DNA of 64,000 nt, taken from NCBI RefSeq assembly GCF_006345805.1, contig NC_043006.1, positions 96,720,001 to 96,784,000 of the forward strand, in the 5' to 3' direction. Both the position numbers and the translations under genes were made by a program. How positions within the stretch are numbered: position 1 is the stretch's first letter; each line of letters starts with the position of its first letter. Of this stretch, positions 1 to 12,611 are shown one piece after another. Under the pieces are notes generated by a model that did no database searches, was not told the origin of the DNA, and saw nothing but the letters and a program-made list of their open reading frames with translations. This DNA is from Octopus sinensis. Taxonomy: Eukaryota.

Positions 1-90
1 TATACATATATGCATAATACATGCATACATATATGCATACATAGATATATACATATAGACATAATACATACATACATATATATATACATA

Positions 91-123
<33 letters not shown>

Positions 124-265
124 TAATACATACATACATATATACATATATACATACATACATACATACATACATACATACAAGCAAAAATATTTAGAGA
201 GGGAGAGATAGAGAGACGGACAGGCAGAGAGACAGGCAGAGAAAGAGAGATGCGTATGTGTGTGT
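1..265. repeat. Compound microsatellite (TACA)n/(TA)n/(GA)n/(TG)n
   Basis: Tandem TACA, TA, GAGA and TG runs visible directly; typical of dozens of similar blocks across the window. Confidence 0.95.
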
Positions 266-643
266 TATTTGACGAATGTGCGTGTAATATTTTTTCTCCT
301 CCTGTCTTCAATTCTGACGATGTAACTGATTGTTTTATGTGCTAGATTTACACGGATGGCGATTTCTCGACAGACTAAACAGATTAAGGATATTCTTAAC
401 AAACAGAAGATTAATTTTTATATTCGCCTGTATAAACTAAAACTGTTCTACTCGTATCCTAGCCAGCTTAGCCTTCTTTGAATCCGCCTTTTATTTGATT
501 ATACGTGTACGTACACGCATCACATACGCACACGCGCACTCACGCACACACACGGTCACACACACGCGCGCGCGATGCTCTATTTGGGGCTTTAAACTCA
601 CTAGTAGCAGGTAGTCGTACAATATATATATATAAATATATAT

Positions 644-1181
644 ATCAACAATCAAGGAACGGCCATAATAGGCCATTCACCCACTAGAAATAACAGCCAA
701 AGCTTCAACCGCAAATAAAAATTAATTCCGTAAACCAGGAGAAAATTTAAAAAACATTTACCCTGTAATTTCTTATACGATGCACCGTTTCATCTGCTGT
801 TTAATGGTAAACTAACCTGATTAAATTAAATCAAGCCAATCTTCCTCCATAGGCCTCAGATTCTTCGTAAGAAATAGCCCAAGTCGGACAGATATTTTCA
901 CGAGGCATTTCGGAAATGCCTCGTGAAAATATCTGTTCCGACTTGGGCTATTTCTTACTGAAGAATCTGAGGGCCTATGGAAGATTGGCTTGATTTAATT
1001 TAATCAGGTTAGTTTACCATTAAACAGCAGATAAACGGTGCATCGTATAAGAAATTACAGGGTAAATGTTTTTTTAAATTTTTCTCCTGGTTTACGGAAT
1101 TAATTTTTATTTGCGGTTGAAGCTTTGGCTGTTACTTCTAGTGGGTGAATGGCCTATTATGGCCGTTCCTTCATTGTTGAT
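644..1181. repeat. Long foldback palindrome, arms about 268 bp, 1-nt spacer
   Basis: 644-911 is the reverse complement of 913-1181; centre reads ttttcacgaggcatttc-g-gaaatgcctcgtgaaaa. It explains the mirrored ORFs MAYYGRSLIVD and MAYYGRSFIVD. Confidence 0.95.
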
Positions 1182-1233
1182 GTTGAACTTAAAAATGTCT
1201 ATGACTATTTAATTTTTTCCCCACTAGGCCGCT

Positions 1234-1273
1234 GGTGGCAAAAAAATTCTACAAAATTTTTTTGCCACCCTAT
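1234..1273. repeat. 15-bp perfect hairpin overlapping a Tc1/mariner-like terminal sequence
   Basis: ggtggcaaaaaaatt-ctacaa-aatttttttgccacc. The minus strand reads TATAGGGTGGCAAAA, similar to the CACGGTGGCCCAAAA end at 61008-61036. Confidence 0.45.
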
Positions 1274-1315
1274 ATTGATTATTATAAATATATATATTAT
1301 ATATATATATATAAT

Positions 1316-1359
<44 letters not shown>

Positions 1360-1633
1360 TATATAGATTGGTAGATAGATATAGATATATACATACTCAC
1401 ACACACAAACACACACATATATACATATATATATATATATTTTATATATATACATATATACATATATGTACACGCATATATATGTGTGTATGGGTGTAAG
1501 TATGTATATATGTATGTAAATCTATCTATATTTCTATCTACCCGCTCCCTTTCTGTATATATATATATATATATGTATACATACATAGTAGCAAAGAAAC
1601 TTTATTAAAAGTCTTGGAATAATAATGATGATG

Positions 1634-1702
<69 letters not shown>

Positions 1703-1855
1703 CACACATACGAGGTGGGGGAGAGGCTGCAAAATTCTTAGTTTCAAGGCTATCGCCAAAGGCCTTGTTGGGCCCCCAACATTCCGAATTCTTTTGTAGG
1801 GCGTAGAAAAACTGAAGGACCGCTGCAATAAGAGTGTGCAACTGTTATTATTATC

Positions 1856-1900
<45 letters not shown>

Positions 1901-2661
1901 GTTATTATTCCTTTTAAGCCTAGTACGTATTCTATCGGTACACACATATACACTCACAAATACATATATATACATAACACAGACGCAGTTATATCTATAC
2001 ACACACAGACACACACACTCATACACACACACACATATATATTTATATGGTATTAGTAGTATGTTAGCCACTGATAAATCATCAAATAATGACTTTATCT
2101 TTATTATGTATGTATTATATATATATATCCGTATCTATAAAAGGCATGATGTGTGTGTGTGTGTGCGTGTGTACATGATTGTAATTTCTGCACGTTCACA
2201 AATTAGCACGCATGTCGCTTCAATTTTTGGAGGACATTCGTCAACATCCTATCTCGGTTTTGTGAACTTATTTTTTTCCCGAGGCACCCACGGATAGCGG
2301 TACAAATCTATTTTCACCCATAGCTTTTAGCGGTAAAAATCTATTTTTAGCCATGGCTTTTACCTATTTTGAAGATTGATAACATGAGTTAAGTCCCTTC
2401 TAGACATAGCCAAGCGAATTAGTGTGAAGCAGAGAGAAAAGTTGTGCGTTGATGTATGTGTGCGTGTGTGTGTGTGTGAGGGAGAAAGAGTGTTTCGCAA
2501 CGTCTAACAAAAATAGTAAAGCAAAAGTATGTGTAAAGAAGAGTGGGGAATAGTTCGACGGCGTCTAACAAAAAAAAATAATCAAGATAAAGAAAAGTGG
2601 AAGAGAGGCAGAGTTTCACAGCGTCTAAACAAAAAAAGGGAAAGACACAGTGGGAGAGAGT

Positions 2662-2694
<33 letters not shown>

Positions 2695-3319
2695 AGTGAC
2701 GACGATCATAAAAAATAAAATGTAAAATGTTTTGTCTTTTCTTAAACACGCGATATAGTGTTCCAATTAAGGATGTTTTTGAAAGACACTATATTTTATA
2801 ATCATAGTATATATACATTCTCACACAACAATTACAATAGATTTATTTTAAATCGTTCATCTTTCTCCCCTTCCCTCTCTCACACACATTACTTTGGGTG
2901 CGAAAGAGTTTTGTTTTTATTCTACACCGAGTAAAAAAGTGCTTTGTTGAGAATCCATTTATTTAACAACAAAGAAACAAAGAGGTAGGTAACAGTTTGT
3001 CAGTGAATTACACAATATGAATAGGTACAATTTGCAAGGCTTCCACCACACTCCACCCCGTTTCACGGACCACAAAAAGGATTTTGTAGCATATTAGGAG
3101 GCCAGAATATTTGCTTCCACGCCAAAAAAAAGAAAAACAATTTTTTTCTTAGTGAAAATCGTGCAAGTGTTAATCTACAAATTTAACAACATTTTTTCCA
3201 TTCATTTCTGTTTATGATCATGTATGCGTGCACAAAACATACGTGTGTGTATGTGTGTTCGTGTGTGTTGCCCATATATATTTATAGTATATTATATTAT
3301 ATATATAATATATATATAA

Positions 3320-3446
3320 TATAATCAATTTCAACGGATTTCACTCAAATTTGACCTCGATATTACTTAGTTTGGTTTGAAATAAAGAACTTGATTAGTT
3401 TAATAATCGTAACTTAATCCCGGGCAAGGCCGGGTTATACTGCTAG
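3320..3446 (+). mobile_element. Helitron-like 3' terminus
   Basis: GC-rich hairpin cccgg-gcaagg-ccggg (3419-3434) followed 8 nt later by CTAG|T (3443-3447), the canonical Helitron 3' end. The 5' boundary is uncertain. Confidence 0.6.
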
Positions 3447-3472
3447 TATATATATATATATATATATGTGAA

Positions 3473-3786
3473 GGCGCATGGCTCAGTGGTTAGAGCGTCG
3501 AGCTTACGATCGTGAGGTTGTGAGCTCGAATCCCGGACCGGGCTGCGTGTTGTGTTCTTGAGCAAGACACTTTATTTCACGTTGCTCCAGTTCACTCAGC
3601 TGTAGAAATGAGTTGCGACGTCACAGGTGCCAAGCTGTATCGACCTTTGTCTTTCCCTTGGATAACACTGGTGGCGTGGAGAGGGGGGGGCGGTATGCAT
3701 GGGCGACTACTGGTCTTCCATAAAACAACCTTACCCAGACTTGTGCCTCAGAGGGTAACTCTCTAGATGCAAACCCATGGTCACTC
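3473..3786 (+). mobile_element. tRNA-derived SINE, family B (CORE-like central domain)
   Basis: A-box tggctcagtgg and B-box gagctcgaatccc, then ttcttgagcaagacactttatttcacgttgctccag. Headless copy at 19004-19252; degenerate copies near 31030-31235 (-), 39950-40110 (+) and 56470-56640 (-). Confidence 0.85.
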
Positions 3787-3891
3787 TTTCTTTATATATA
3801 TATGTATGTATGTATATATATGTATGTATGTATATATATGAATATATATATATATATACATATATATATGTGTATATATGTATGTATACAA

Positions 3892-4042
3892 GGGCCTTGT
3901 TTCAATTTCTATCTACAAATCTACTCACAAGCCTTTGGTCGGCTCGAGACTATAGAACACATTAATCGAAGACGCCACGCAGTGTGTCTGAACCCGGTAC
4001 CACGTGGTTGGTAAACAAGCTTCTTACCACACAGCCACGCCG
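3892..4042 (-). mobile_element. tRNA-derived SINE family A, 5' half
   Basis: Reverse complement matches the family A head and body (gtggctgtgtggtaagaagcttg...ccgaccaaaggcttgtgagtagattt). Confidence 0.8.
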
Positions 4043-4664
4043 GCATCTCTGTATATACACCTGCTTCATGGAATGTAGCATATATACACATACATGATGC
4101 TTTATTTTTTATATTCAATACATCTTATAAACACTCGCACATTTGGTTGCATAACCGATTCATGTACGACATTATCTGATATGCGCATATATACCATCTA
4201 ATTTACATATTTGCACATCTAAATTGCATATTTATACAACTGATTTACCTATTTACACATCTATTTTATATATTTATGCTTCTGATTAAATCATTTACAT
4301 ATTTAATTTGTTTGTTTATACGCTGAAATCGTCACTTCTTCGCATCCTATTTTATAGATTCATACATTTGGGTTAATTCTACAAAACGCTATAATGGCAG
4401 ATTTCATTATTTTTTGGTATCACATCAGCAAGTAACTAATTACAAGCCTGATATTCCCACGTGACTATCACTTATTTTCCAGACCGATGTATTTCCGAAC
4501 ATCCTTCTCTTCTCTTTCAAGGACTACGCCCATAATTTGATAATACCAATATTTTCATCTATATTCTGTGTTACATCTCAAACCCATCTCGTTTCTGTGA
4601 ACAATAGTGAATGCAAGCGGTTGTATATAATGAAAATGCCTATACATACATACACATTCAAATA

Positions 4665-4963
4665 TAGTTCTATATTTAAAAGATGAGCAATTATTAACAT
4701 TATTTACCTTATTTACAATTGACGGATATTTGTCCTCATCTTGTTTGTTGTTAACACAACACACCGGCTGATATACCTTCCAGCCTTCATCAGGTGTCTT
4801 GGGGAAATTTCGAACCTGGGTTCTCATTCCTAATGACAACCCAGGTTCGAAATTTCACCAAGACACCTGATGAAGGCAGGAGTGTATATCAGCCGATGTG
4901 TTGTGTTAACAACAAACAAGATGAGGACAAATATCCGTCAATTGTAAATGAAGTAAATAATGT
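4665..4963. mobile_element. Head-to-head foldback of a Penelope-like (PLE-type) terminal repeat with decayed hammerhead motifs
   Basis: Arms 4697-4828 and 4832-4963 are reverse complements. Each carries GACAC-CTGATGA-A-GGC(T/A)G...CAGCC-G..GTT-GTGTT. Confidence 0.7.
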
Positions 4964-5348
4964 ACATTCATATATATTTATATATTTATACATCTATTTA
5001 TGTATGCGTGTATGTGTGCGCGCTTCTGTGTGTTTGTCAGTGCTTGTGTTTGTCCTATACCCCCGCTTGACAACCGATGTTGGTTTGTTTACGTTTTTGT
5101 AACCTAGCGAAAGATACGTATTACCAAGCTTTAAAAGAAAGTACTGCAGGTGATTTCAAGGCTGTACTCTAGCATGGCTGCCATCTAATGACTGAAGTAA
5201 AATAAAAGAATAAAAGATAATTAAACAAACAAAAGGGTCACATTGAATCATATCCAAGGCCCAAGTTCCATTCACTGTTGCAGCTATAACGCACCTGTAG
5301 TTAAATTCTTTCATTTTAACTTTTCTTTCTTAGCGTGTCGTAAAAACT

Positions 5349-5710
5349 ATGCTTCTCAACTAAATGGTTTCGAGTTCATTCCTACTGCGTGGCACCTTGG
5401 ACAAGTATATTCTGCTTGGACCTCGGGCTGACTAAATCTTTGTGAACGGATTTGGTAGGCGGAAGCTGAAAGAAGCCTGTCGTATATATACATGTGTGTG
5501 TGTGTGTGTGTGTTTATGTTTATCCCCCACTGTTTGCAACAGGAGTTGGTTTGTTTATATCCCCGTAACTCAGCGGTTCGGCCATAGAGTTGATGGAATA
5601 AGTACCCAGCTTTAAAAATAAAAAAAAATACTGTGGTCGATTGGATCGAATGAAATTCTTCAAGGGGGTGCCTCAGCATGGCCGCAGTCTGATGACTGAA
5701 GTAAAAGATA
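5349..5710 (+). mobile_element. SINE family A (diverged); a second tail-only copy lies at 5030-5215
   Basis: ctactgcgtggcaccttggacaag...ggaagctgaaagaagcctgtcgt-(TG)n-...cagcatggccgcagtctgatgactgaag. Confidence 0.8.
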
Positions 5711-6755
5711 CAAGATATACGTGTGTGTGTGTGTGTGTGAGTGTGTGTGCGTGTGAGTGTGTGTGTGTGTGAGTGTGTGTGTGTGTGAGTGCGTGTGTGT
5801 GTGAGTGTGTGTGTGTGTGAGTGTGTGTGTGTGAGGTGTCTCTGTTTATGTTTGCACGCATATACACGCACATATATTCATACGTATATACATTTATGCT
5901 TACATACACATACACACATGCACACACACACACACATATATCATTTGGACTTGAATATATAGAGTCGAATGCATTCTAAGAGATGCTGCAAAATGATTCT
6001 AAACTCTGATCTCATCACGTGATTGCTTGCAACAATGACGTCAACAATGATGGTTTTTACATGGAGAACCTTCAATCCTTCCATATATATTTCAGAGAGA
6101 TAAGGTTTGATTTTTTTTTCAATCTACATTTCATAGTATAAACAAACGTACATACATATTCTTTCACACGCATGTCATTGTGAATACACTACAGTTCGCA
6201 GACTATAGGCCAGCAGCTAACTCCCACCGCCACCCCTCTGTACGCCATTTTACAATCACGTCTTCTCTATATGTCTATACTGTAAGCTGCAATCATCGTG
6301 TCAGTCACACCCTACTGATGTTGACAATAGAAAAAAGCACAACAATTGCAATTGTTTAAAGCCAGTCTGACTGCTTGGGACAGACCTATAGACCTAAATC
6401 TCTTGTTTCATGCTGAAGCTGTTTACAGTTTTCTCCTAGTGATAGTGTTTGAAACAGACGCTCTTCTTCCTATCAATACAAGCAATCATGATCAACATTG
6501 ACACAGAACTGTTGCCGACAATTCATGACTGCAGATCTATCTATACATATATCTATATTTATCTTTGTGTATCTGTATTTACACACACACACACACACAC
6601 ACACGCCTACAGCTACATCTATACATGACTGCATATTCATTCATTCCTCTCTCACTTTCACTCTCTCTTGGCCAAACTGTTATACATACAGGAGCCTACA
6701 TATACACGCCAGTATATACCACATGCATATGTACATACTTGCCATTGAAATCTTT

Positions 6756-6809
<54 letters not shown>

Positions 6810-6941
6810 TCTGTGTGTGCATGTATATATGTATGTGTGTATACTTGTATATGTATATATATATGCATACATAAATATGTATGTATATATATATGTATAC
6901 ACACACACATATATATATATATATACATACATACATATATA

Positions 6942-6991
<50 letters not shown>

Positions 6992-7029
6992 ATATTATAT
7001 ATATATGTATGTATATATGTATGTATGTG

Positions 7030-7145
7030 GACTGCTCGCTTAGCCAGCGGGGTGGCGTCATTCGAAGGCTAAAACAATGCAAACGCATTGTGACCAGCGA
7101 TGTGTAACAACATCTGATGGTCTGGTCGGTCACGTGATCACGTGA
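7030..7145 (+). repeat. Short non-simple segment ending in tandem CACGTGAT, probably a retroposon 3' fragment
   Basis: GC-richer segment embedded between microsatellites, ending ggtcacgtgatcacgtgat. Family not determined from this window. Confidence 0.35.
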
Positions 7146-7302
7146 TATGTATGTGTGTATGTATGTATGTATGTATGTATGTGTGTATAGCTTCTGCAAA
7201 AAAGAATACTTTATAAGCGTAAAGATTATTAGCGATCACCGTGTATTGACTACAGAAAATAATGTAATATTGGGGCATATAAGCCGCCGACGAAACAAGG
7301 TG

Positions 7303-7350
<48 letters not shown>

Positions 7351-7420
7351 TAATTCGTATGTTTGTTTGTAAATATGCATACATACTCATATGCATTCGA
7401 ATTCGAATAGAAATACGTGC

Positions 7421-7810
7421 ATAATGGTAAGTAGCTTGTTTACCAACCACATGGTTCCGGATTCAGTTCCACTGCTTGGCACCTTGGGCAAGTGTCTTCT
7501 ACTATAGCCTCGGGCCGACCAAAGCCTTGTGAGTGGATTTGGTAGACGGAAACTGAAAGAAGCCTGTCATATATATGTATATATATATATGTGTGTGTGT
7601 TTGTGTGTGTCGGTGTTTGTCCCCCTAGCATTGCTTGACAACCGATACTGGTGTGTTTATATCCCCGTTACTTAGCGGTTCGGCAAAAGAGACCGATAGA
7701 ATAAGTACTATGCTTACAAAAGAATAAGTCCAGGGGTCGAGTTGCTCGATTAAAGGCGGTGCTCCAACATGGCCGCAGTCAGATGACTGAAGCAAGTAAA
7801 AGAGTAAAAG
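7421..7810 (+). mobile_element. SINE family A, near full length
   Basis: B-box-like ggattcagttcc, body ccttgggcaagtgtcttctactatagcctcgggccgacc, internal (TA)n(TG)n, tail gactgaagcaagtaaaagagtaaaagag. Confidence 0.9.
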
Positions 7811-7836
7811 AGTATGCATAAATGCATACATACATG

Positions 7837-7894
<58 letters not shown>

Positions 7895-8519
7895 GGCATG
7901 TACGTAAGTATGTATGTTTGAATATACACTAGATGCCTCTGATCGGTGAATACTGACCATTGATCCGGATCAGTCCAGAGCATCAAAACAACTAGGAGAC
8001 TATGATCGGATGAATTCACTCTCTCGTCTTTTGGCAGCCATTAGCGGAAGTTTGTTCGTTTTTGTAAGTGTCAGCTTAGTTTATAATAGTTTGAGGATAC
8101 TTGCCTTCGTCAGCGGCCCTTTCAAAAGTCATGGGCACTGCATTTCCTCATTAATAAATGTGTGAGTATGTGTGTATGTGTGTGTGTGTATGTGTGTGTA
8201 TGTATGCAGGCGTGCAGGCGTGTTTGTGCGTGTGTGTGTGAGTGTATGTGTGTATGTATTTGTATGTGTGTGTTTGCCTGTGTACGTGCGTTCACGTGAT
8301 CGTGCACATCCGCAAGCACGTTCTGATATCTGTGTCCATTGCAGCTTAATATATCATTATTGGTAATAAGCAGGATAGCTGCTGTTTAATACCCTCCAAT
8401 TAAATCATAACAACCACATAAGATTATACGAAATACTATGGTATTCCGATCACAGTTGCATTTCTCTCGCTGTCTTTACTTACATTGCTTAGGTGTGTAC
8501 TTCAGTGTATATGCACAGC

Positions 8520-8634
8520 CAGTACCCGTATCATCATCAATTCTTCTTCTTCAACTACAACAAAAACAACAACAGCTACTACTACTAATACTACCACCAC
8601 CACCACCACTACCACCACTACCAAAACCACCACC

Positions 8635-8665
<31 letters not shown>

Positions 8666-8830
8666 ATACCACCACCAACACCACTACCAAAACCACCACC
8701 ATCACCACCACTACTACTACTACTACTAATACCACCACCAACACCACTACCAAAACCACCACCACCGCCACTACTACCACTAATACCACCACCACCACCA
8801 CTACTACTACTACAACAACGACAACAAACG
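8520..8830. repeat. Mixed (ACT)/(ACC)/(ACA) trinucleotide array with a higher-order unit of about 54 bp
   Basis: Unit actactactactaataccaccaccaacaccactaccaaaaccaccacc recurs about 3 times. Confidence 0.85.
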
Positions 8831-9589
8831 ATATCAAAATTGGCAGATGATCGCAAGACTGTTGGAATGTTCTGCGATATTTGTTTCTAACTTCTGTGCT
8901 CGGCTGAAATCTCATTGAAGTCAGCTTTGTCTTTTTATTCTTTCGGGGACGATAAATAAAGTACCCCTCCAGAGAGCCAGTGGATTGGCGGATTGGTGGA
9001 TTTATTTCAGAGTCACATGGGATATCTTTTATGGCGCCCTCTGTTGGCTCATTGCGTTCTGTGTTTAAAATATTCATCAGCGGGTTTCAAATCCCGGCAA
9101 TGACCAATGTCAGTCCCCAGCGATTACGAACTACACCCGATTATGAATGTTGCAATGAGATGGGGAAAGGTGGGAATATGAACATTTGATATTACCCTAG
9201 AAGGATAACAATGATGATGATGATGAGGAGGAGGAGGTGGAGGGGTGATGACGATGAGGATGTGAAGGAGGAGAAGGAGGAGCAGGGTGATGGTGATGAT
9301 GATGTTGACACTGGGATAAAAATCTCATTTACATTCATACAAAGCAAGCAGCATCACCATCGCCACCAACACCACCATCAACAACAACAAAACTCATTCA
9401 TAGCAAGATTTCCCAGCTCACCCACCATACCATCATCACTTCCTCCATCATCATCATCATCATGATCATCATCATCAGACCACTATTATCATTATCGTCA
9501 TCGTCGTTGTCATTGTCACATGTTTAATAGGGACCCACCCCAAATGCCATTTCGACTTCAGACTCGTACTCTGAAAACAAATCATGATT

Positions 9590-9641
<52 letters not shown>

Positions 9642-10312
9642 ACACACACTCACGCATGCACACACACACACACACACACTCACGCATGCATGCACACACA
9701 CACACACATACACTCGCCTACACACGCGTGTGCATACGTATGCGTAATTATGTGTATATGTGGTCCATGCGTGCGTACGTGCCAGTTTTTTTCAGATACT
9801 TCTCTGTAATGAGTAACAGGTGATACCCGTTGCCACACAAAGTGTCGTAAATGTTGACAAATAAACTTGTTGTTTGTCTATGACTCGTACTTAGTGACCT
9901 CGTTCTTGTTCAGGGTGGAGGGGAATGTGGAACGTATGTGACATGCTGGTGGCATGTTGTAGACCTAGTGTCGAGATTCTGGGAGTGGTTAAACCAGATG
10001 GCAACAACTCTTCCAAATGCAAAGTAAAACATTTTAACACGGTAGTAAGAACTGCGAAAACAAACAAACAAAAAAAAAAGCATTTGAATTTAGTTTCTGA
10101 GCACCCTGGGGTACTTTGTGGGCTACCCCGAATCGCTCTGCTATGGTGCACCTATTTGGGATAGGTTCTTGTTATTTTCTGTTTCTGCATTATCATCATT
10201 AAAATTTTTGCTTTCTTATTGGTGATAATGATGACAAAGATCCGAACAGATGACTACTACTACTACTACTACTGCTACTACTACTGCTACTAATACTACT
10301 ACAACAATACCT

Positions 10313-10484
10313 ATTTCTTTATTACCCACCAGGGGCTAAACATAGAGGGGACAAACAAGGACAGACATAGGTATTAAGTCGATTACATCGTCGACCTCGG
10401 CGGAATTTGAACTCACAACGTAACGACAGATGAAATACCCCTAAGCATTTCGCCCGGCGTGCTAACGTTTCTGCCAGCTCGCCA
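10313..10484 (-). mobile_element. tRNA-derived SINE family D (internally deleted)
   Basis: Reverse complement matches 55978-56208 at the head (gagctggcagaaacgttagcacgccgggcg) and tail (atgtttagcccc...aaagaaata). Confidence 0.85.
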
Positions 10485-11147
10485 CATTCAACAATACCCT
10501 GTAATTAAAGCCGGACAAAATGCTTAAGGGAATTTCTGAGTTCAAAGCCGCAATGTCAACTTTGCTTTTCAATCATTTCGGGACCGGTGAAATAAATCCC
10601 AACGAAATACTGGTGTCGATGTAATCGACTGGCGCTCATCTCTCAAAATTGTGCCAATAGTAGAAAGAATTTATTAATATATTCTAATGAAGACGAGGGG
10701 TTAACTAGTTTGCTGGGCAATTATAAGTTCCCGTTCAAATTCCTCTCTGGGAAGTCATGGGCAATCGTCATTTTCTCTAGCTTTAGTTCTACTCATACCG
10801 ATGTGAGCGAAGTTGGGTTGGTAGATGACACTATATAGAGGCCCTTGTATCTGTAATTGAAAGCTTCCAGCTATGTAAACACTGTGTGGCGGAATGCTTA
10901 GCCACTTAACATTAATTCGATGAACTTGGTGATTTAATTAATTGATCAACTGAACACAGAATCTTTATTATGCTGGACGTAATGCTTAGAGGTATTTCGC
11001 CCGTCGTTTACGTTCCGAGTTCAAATTCCACTGAGGTCGACTTTGGCTTTCATCTTTTTGGAGTCGATAAATTAACCACCAGTGTAACACTGGGGTCGAT
11101 GTAATCGACTACTCCCTTCCCCCAAAATTTCAGGCCTTGAGGATTAA

Positions 11148-11178
<31 letters not shown>

Positions 11179-11199
11179 TATTATTATTATTATTATTAC

Positions 11200-11245
<46 letters not shown>

Positions 11246-11265
11246 TTATTATTATTATTATTATT

Positions 11266-11470
11266 CAGTAGTTTTATTTTTATAGCGTGCTTTCACTTCA
11301 CTACCGAGCGCAGCTCTGTGTGCCTTGGGTATGTTCTGTGATTTGTTGTGATGCTCTGATGGTTATTGTATGGAAAGTGTTCTGCGTAGGATGTGTGCAG
11401 TGCCTAGTAGTGCAATTTTCTGTATGTTATATGTGTTTGTAAGTCCTGGTGTTTTTGTTATGTATTTGTC
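11266..11470 (-). mobile_element. 3' fragment of an R4/Dong-type RLE non-LTR retrotransposon (family 1)
   Basis: Minus strand translates DKYITKTPGLTNTYNIQKIALLGTAHILRRTLSIQ*, then a 3' UTR and (TAA)n. LQK..LLGTA.I is the C-terminal motif of R4-clade ORFs. Confidence 0.8.
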
Positions 11471-11498
11471 TATTATTATTATCATTATTATTATTATA

Positions 11499-11778
11499 GA
11501 AACAAAGCTGAGGTTTGGTCTTATTCTTGGTAGGATTTATGTGGGTTGCTGTTTATTACCTGTCGCCTTAGGTATCCCCACTTTTTCGGCAGTCTTTCAA
11601 GTGCTTAGAACCTTCTCGATAATCCTTGCTGTCCCTAAAAGACAAACTTTCTGCAGGAACTTTACCCAGCATTCTATTTTAATTTCCGTCAGCCATTTGT
11701 CTATATCCCGGCTTACTGTTCCCAAACCACCAATTATTATAGGCACGACCTTCACTGTTCTCGACCTTTACTGTTCTA
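11499..11778 (-). mobile_element. 3' fragment of an R4/Dong-type RLE non-LTR retrotransposon (family 2)
   Basis: Minus strand translates RTVKVVPIIIGGLGTVSRDIDKWLTEIKIECWVKFLQKVCLLGTARIIEKVLST*. The 3' UTR matches the copy at 62862-64000. Confidence 0.85.
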
Positions 11779-11779
11779 G

Positions 11780-11822
<43 letters not shown>

Positions 11823-11839
11823 TATTATTATTATTATTA

Positions 11840-11894
<55 letters not shown>

Positions 11895-12345
11895 CATCAT
11901 CATCATCATCATCCTACTCGTTTCTCTTTTCTTTCCTACCTTTTCTTCTTTCTTCTTCTCGAGTTATTTTTTCCATCATCATCTTTCAGTCATTCTTTGC
12001 ATACAAGTATGCACCACCTCCGAAGACACACAGAAACACACACACATGCAATATAGCAATACAGGTACTCTTCTAGCAGCATATCTAGAAATTAAAGAAA
12101 TTACTGAACGCGTCTGAAGAGCGAGTGCACTACTTAATACATTTATATCGCAGACTAATGCAAAACATTGATACAGATCATCCATTTTAGTTTACTAATC
12201 GTTTCTTAGCATACTGTCATGTCCCTTGACTACGCTTATTCAGTCACATTCAGGCAATAAATATGTTCTGACGAAATATTTCTTATAACAAGAAACTATC
12301 TGTAGATACGATTAAAGATGAAGCACAGTATAGCAAATATATGTA

Positions 12346-12576
12346 GGTGCAGGAGTGGCTGTGTGGTACGTAGTTTGCTTACCAACCACATGGTTCTGGG
12401 ATGAGTCTCACTGCGTGGCACCTTGGGTAAGTGTCTTCTTCTGTAGCCTCGGGTCAAGCAAAGCTTTGTGAGTGGATTTGATAGACGGAAACTGAAAGAA
12501 GCCTGTCGTATGTATGTATGTATGTATGTATGTATGTATGTATGTATGTATGTATGTATGTATGCATGTATGTATG

Positions 12577-12611
<35 letters not shown>

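Noticed and set aside
3473-3545. tRNA-like heads as real tRNA genes (also 21290, 31527, 56724, 60656)
   Set aside because: A and B boxes are present, but the acceptor stems do not pair and each head runs into a shared SINE body.
8485-8850. Thr-rich mucin-like or Pro/Leu-rich ORFs
   Set aside because: Several frames on both strands are open because the tract is a trinucleotide repeat; there is no signal peptide or other exon support. The same applies to 20603-20872, 55066-55744 and 57258-58033.
9915-10030. Cys/Trp-rich frames (WRECGTYVTCWWHVVDLVSRFWEW) after an acceptor-like site
   Set aside because: Only a vague resemblance to an L1/Tx1 C-terminal knuckle; not enough to call a LINE or an exon.
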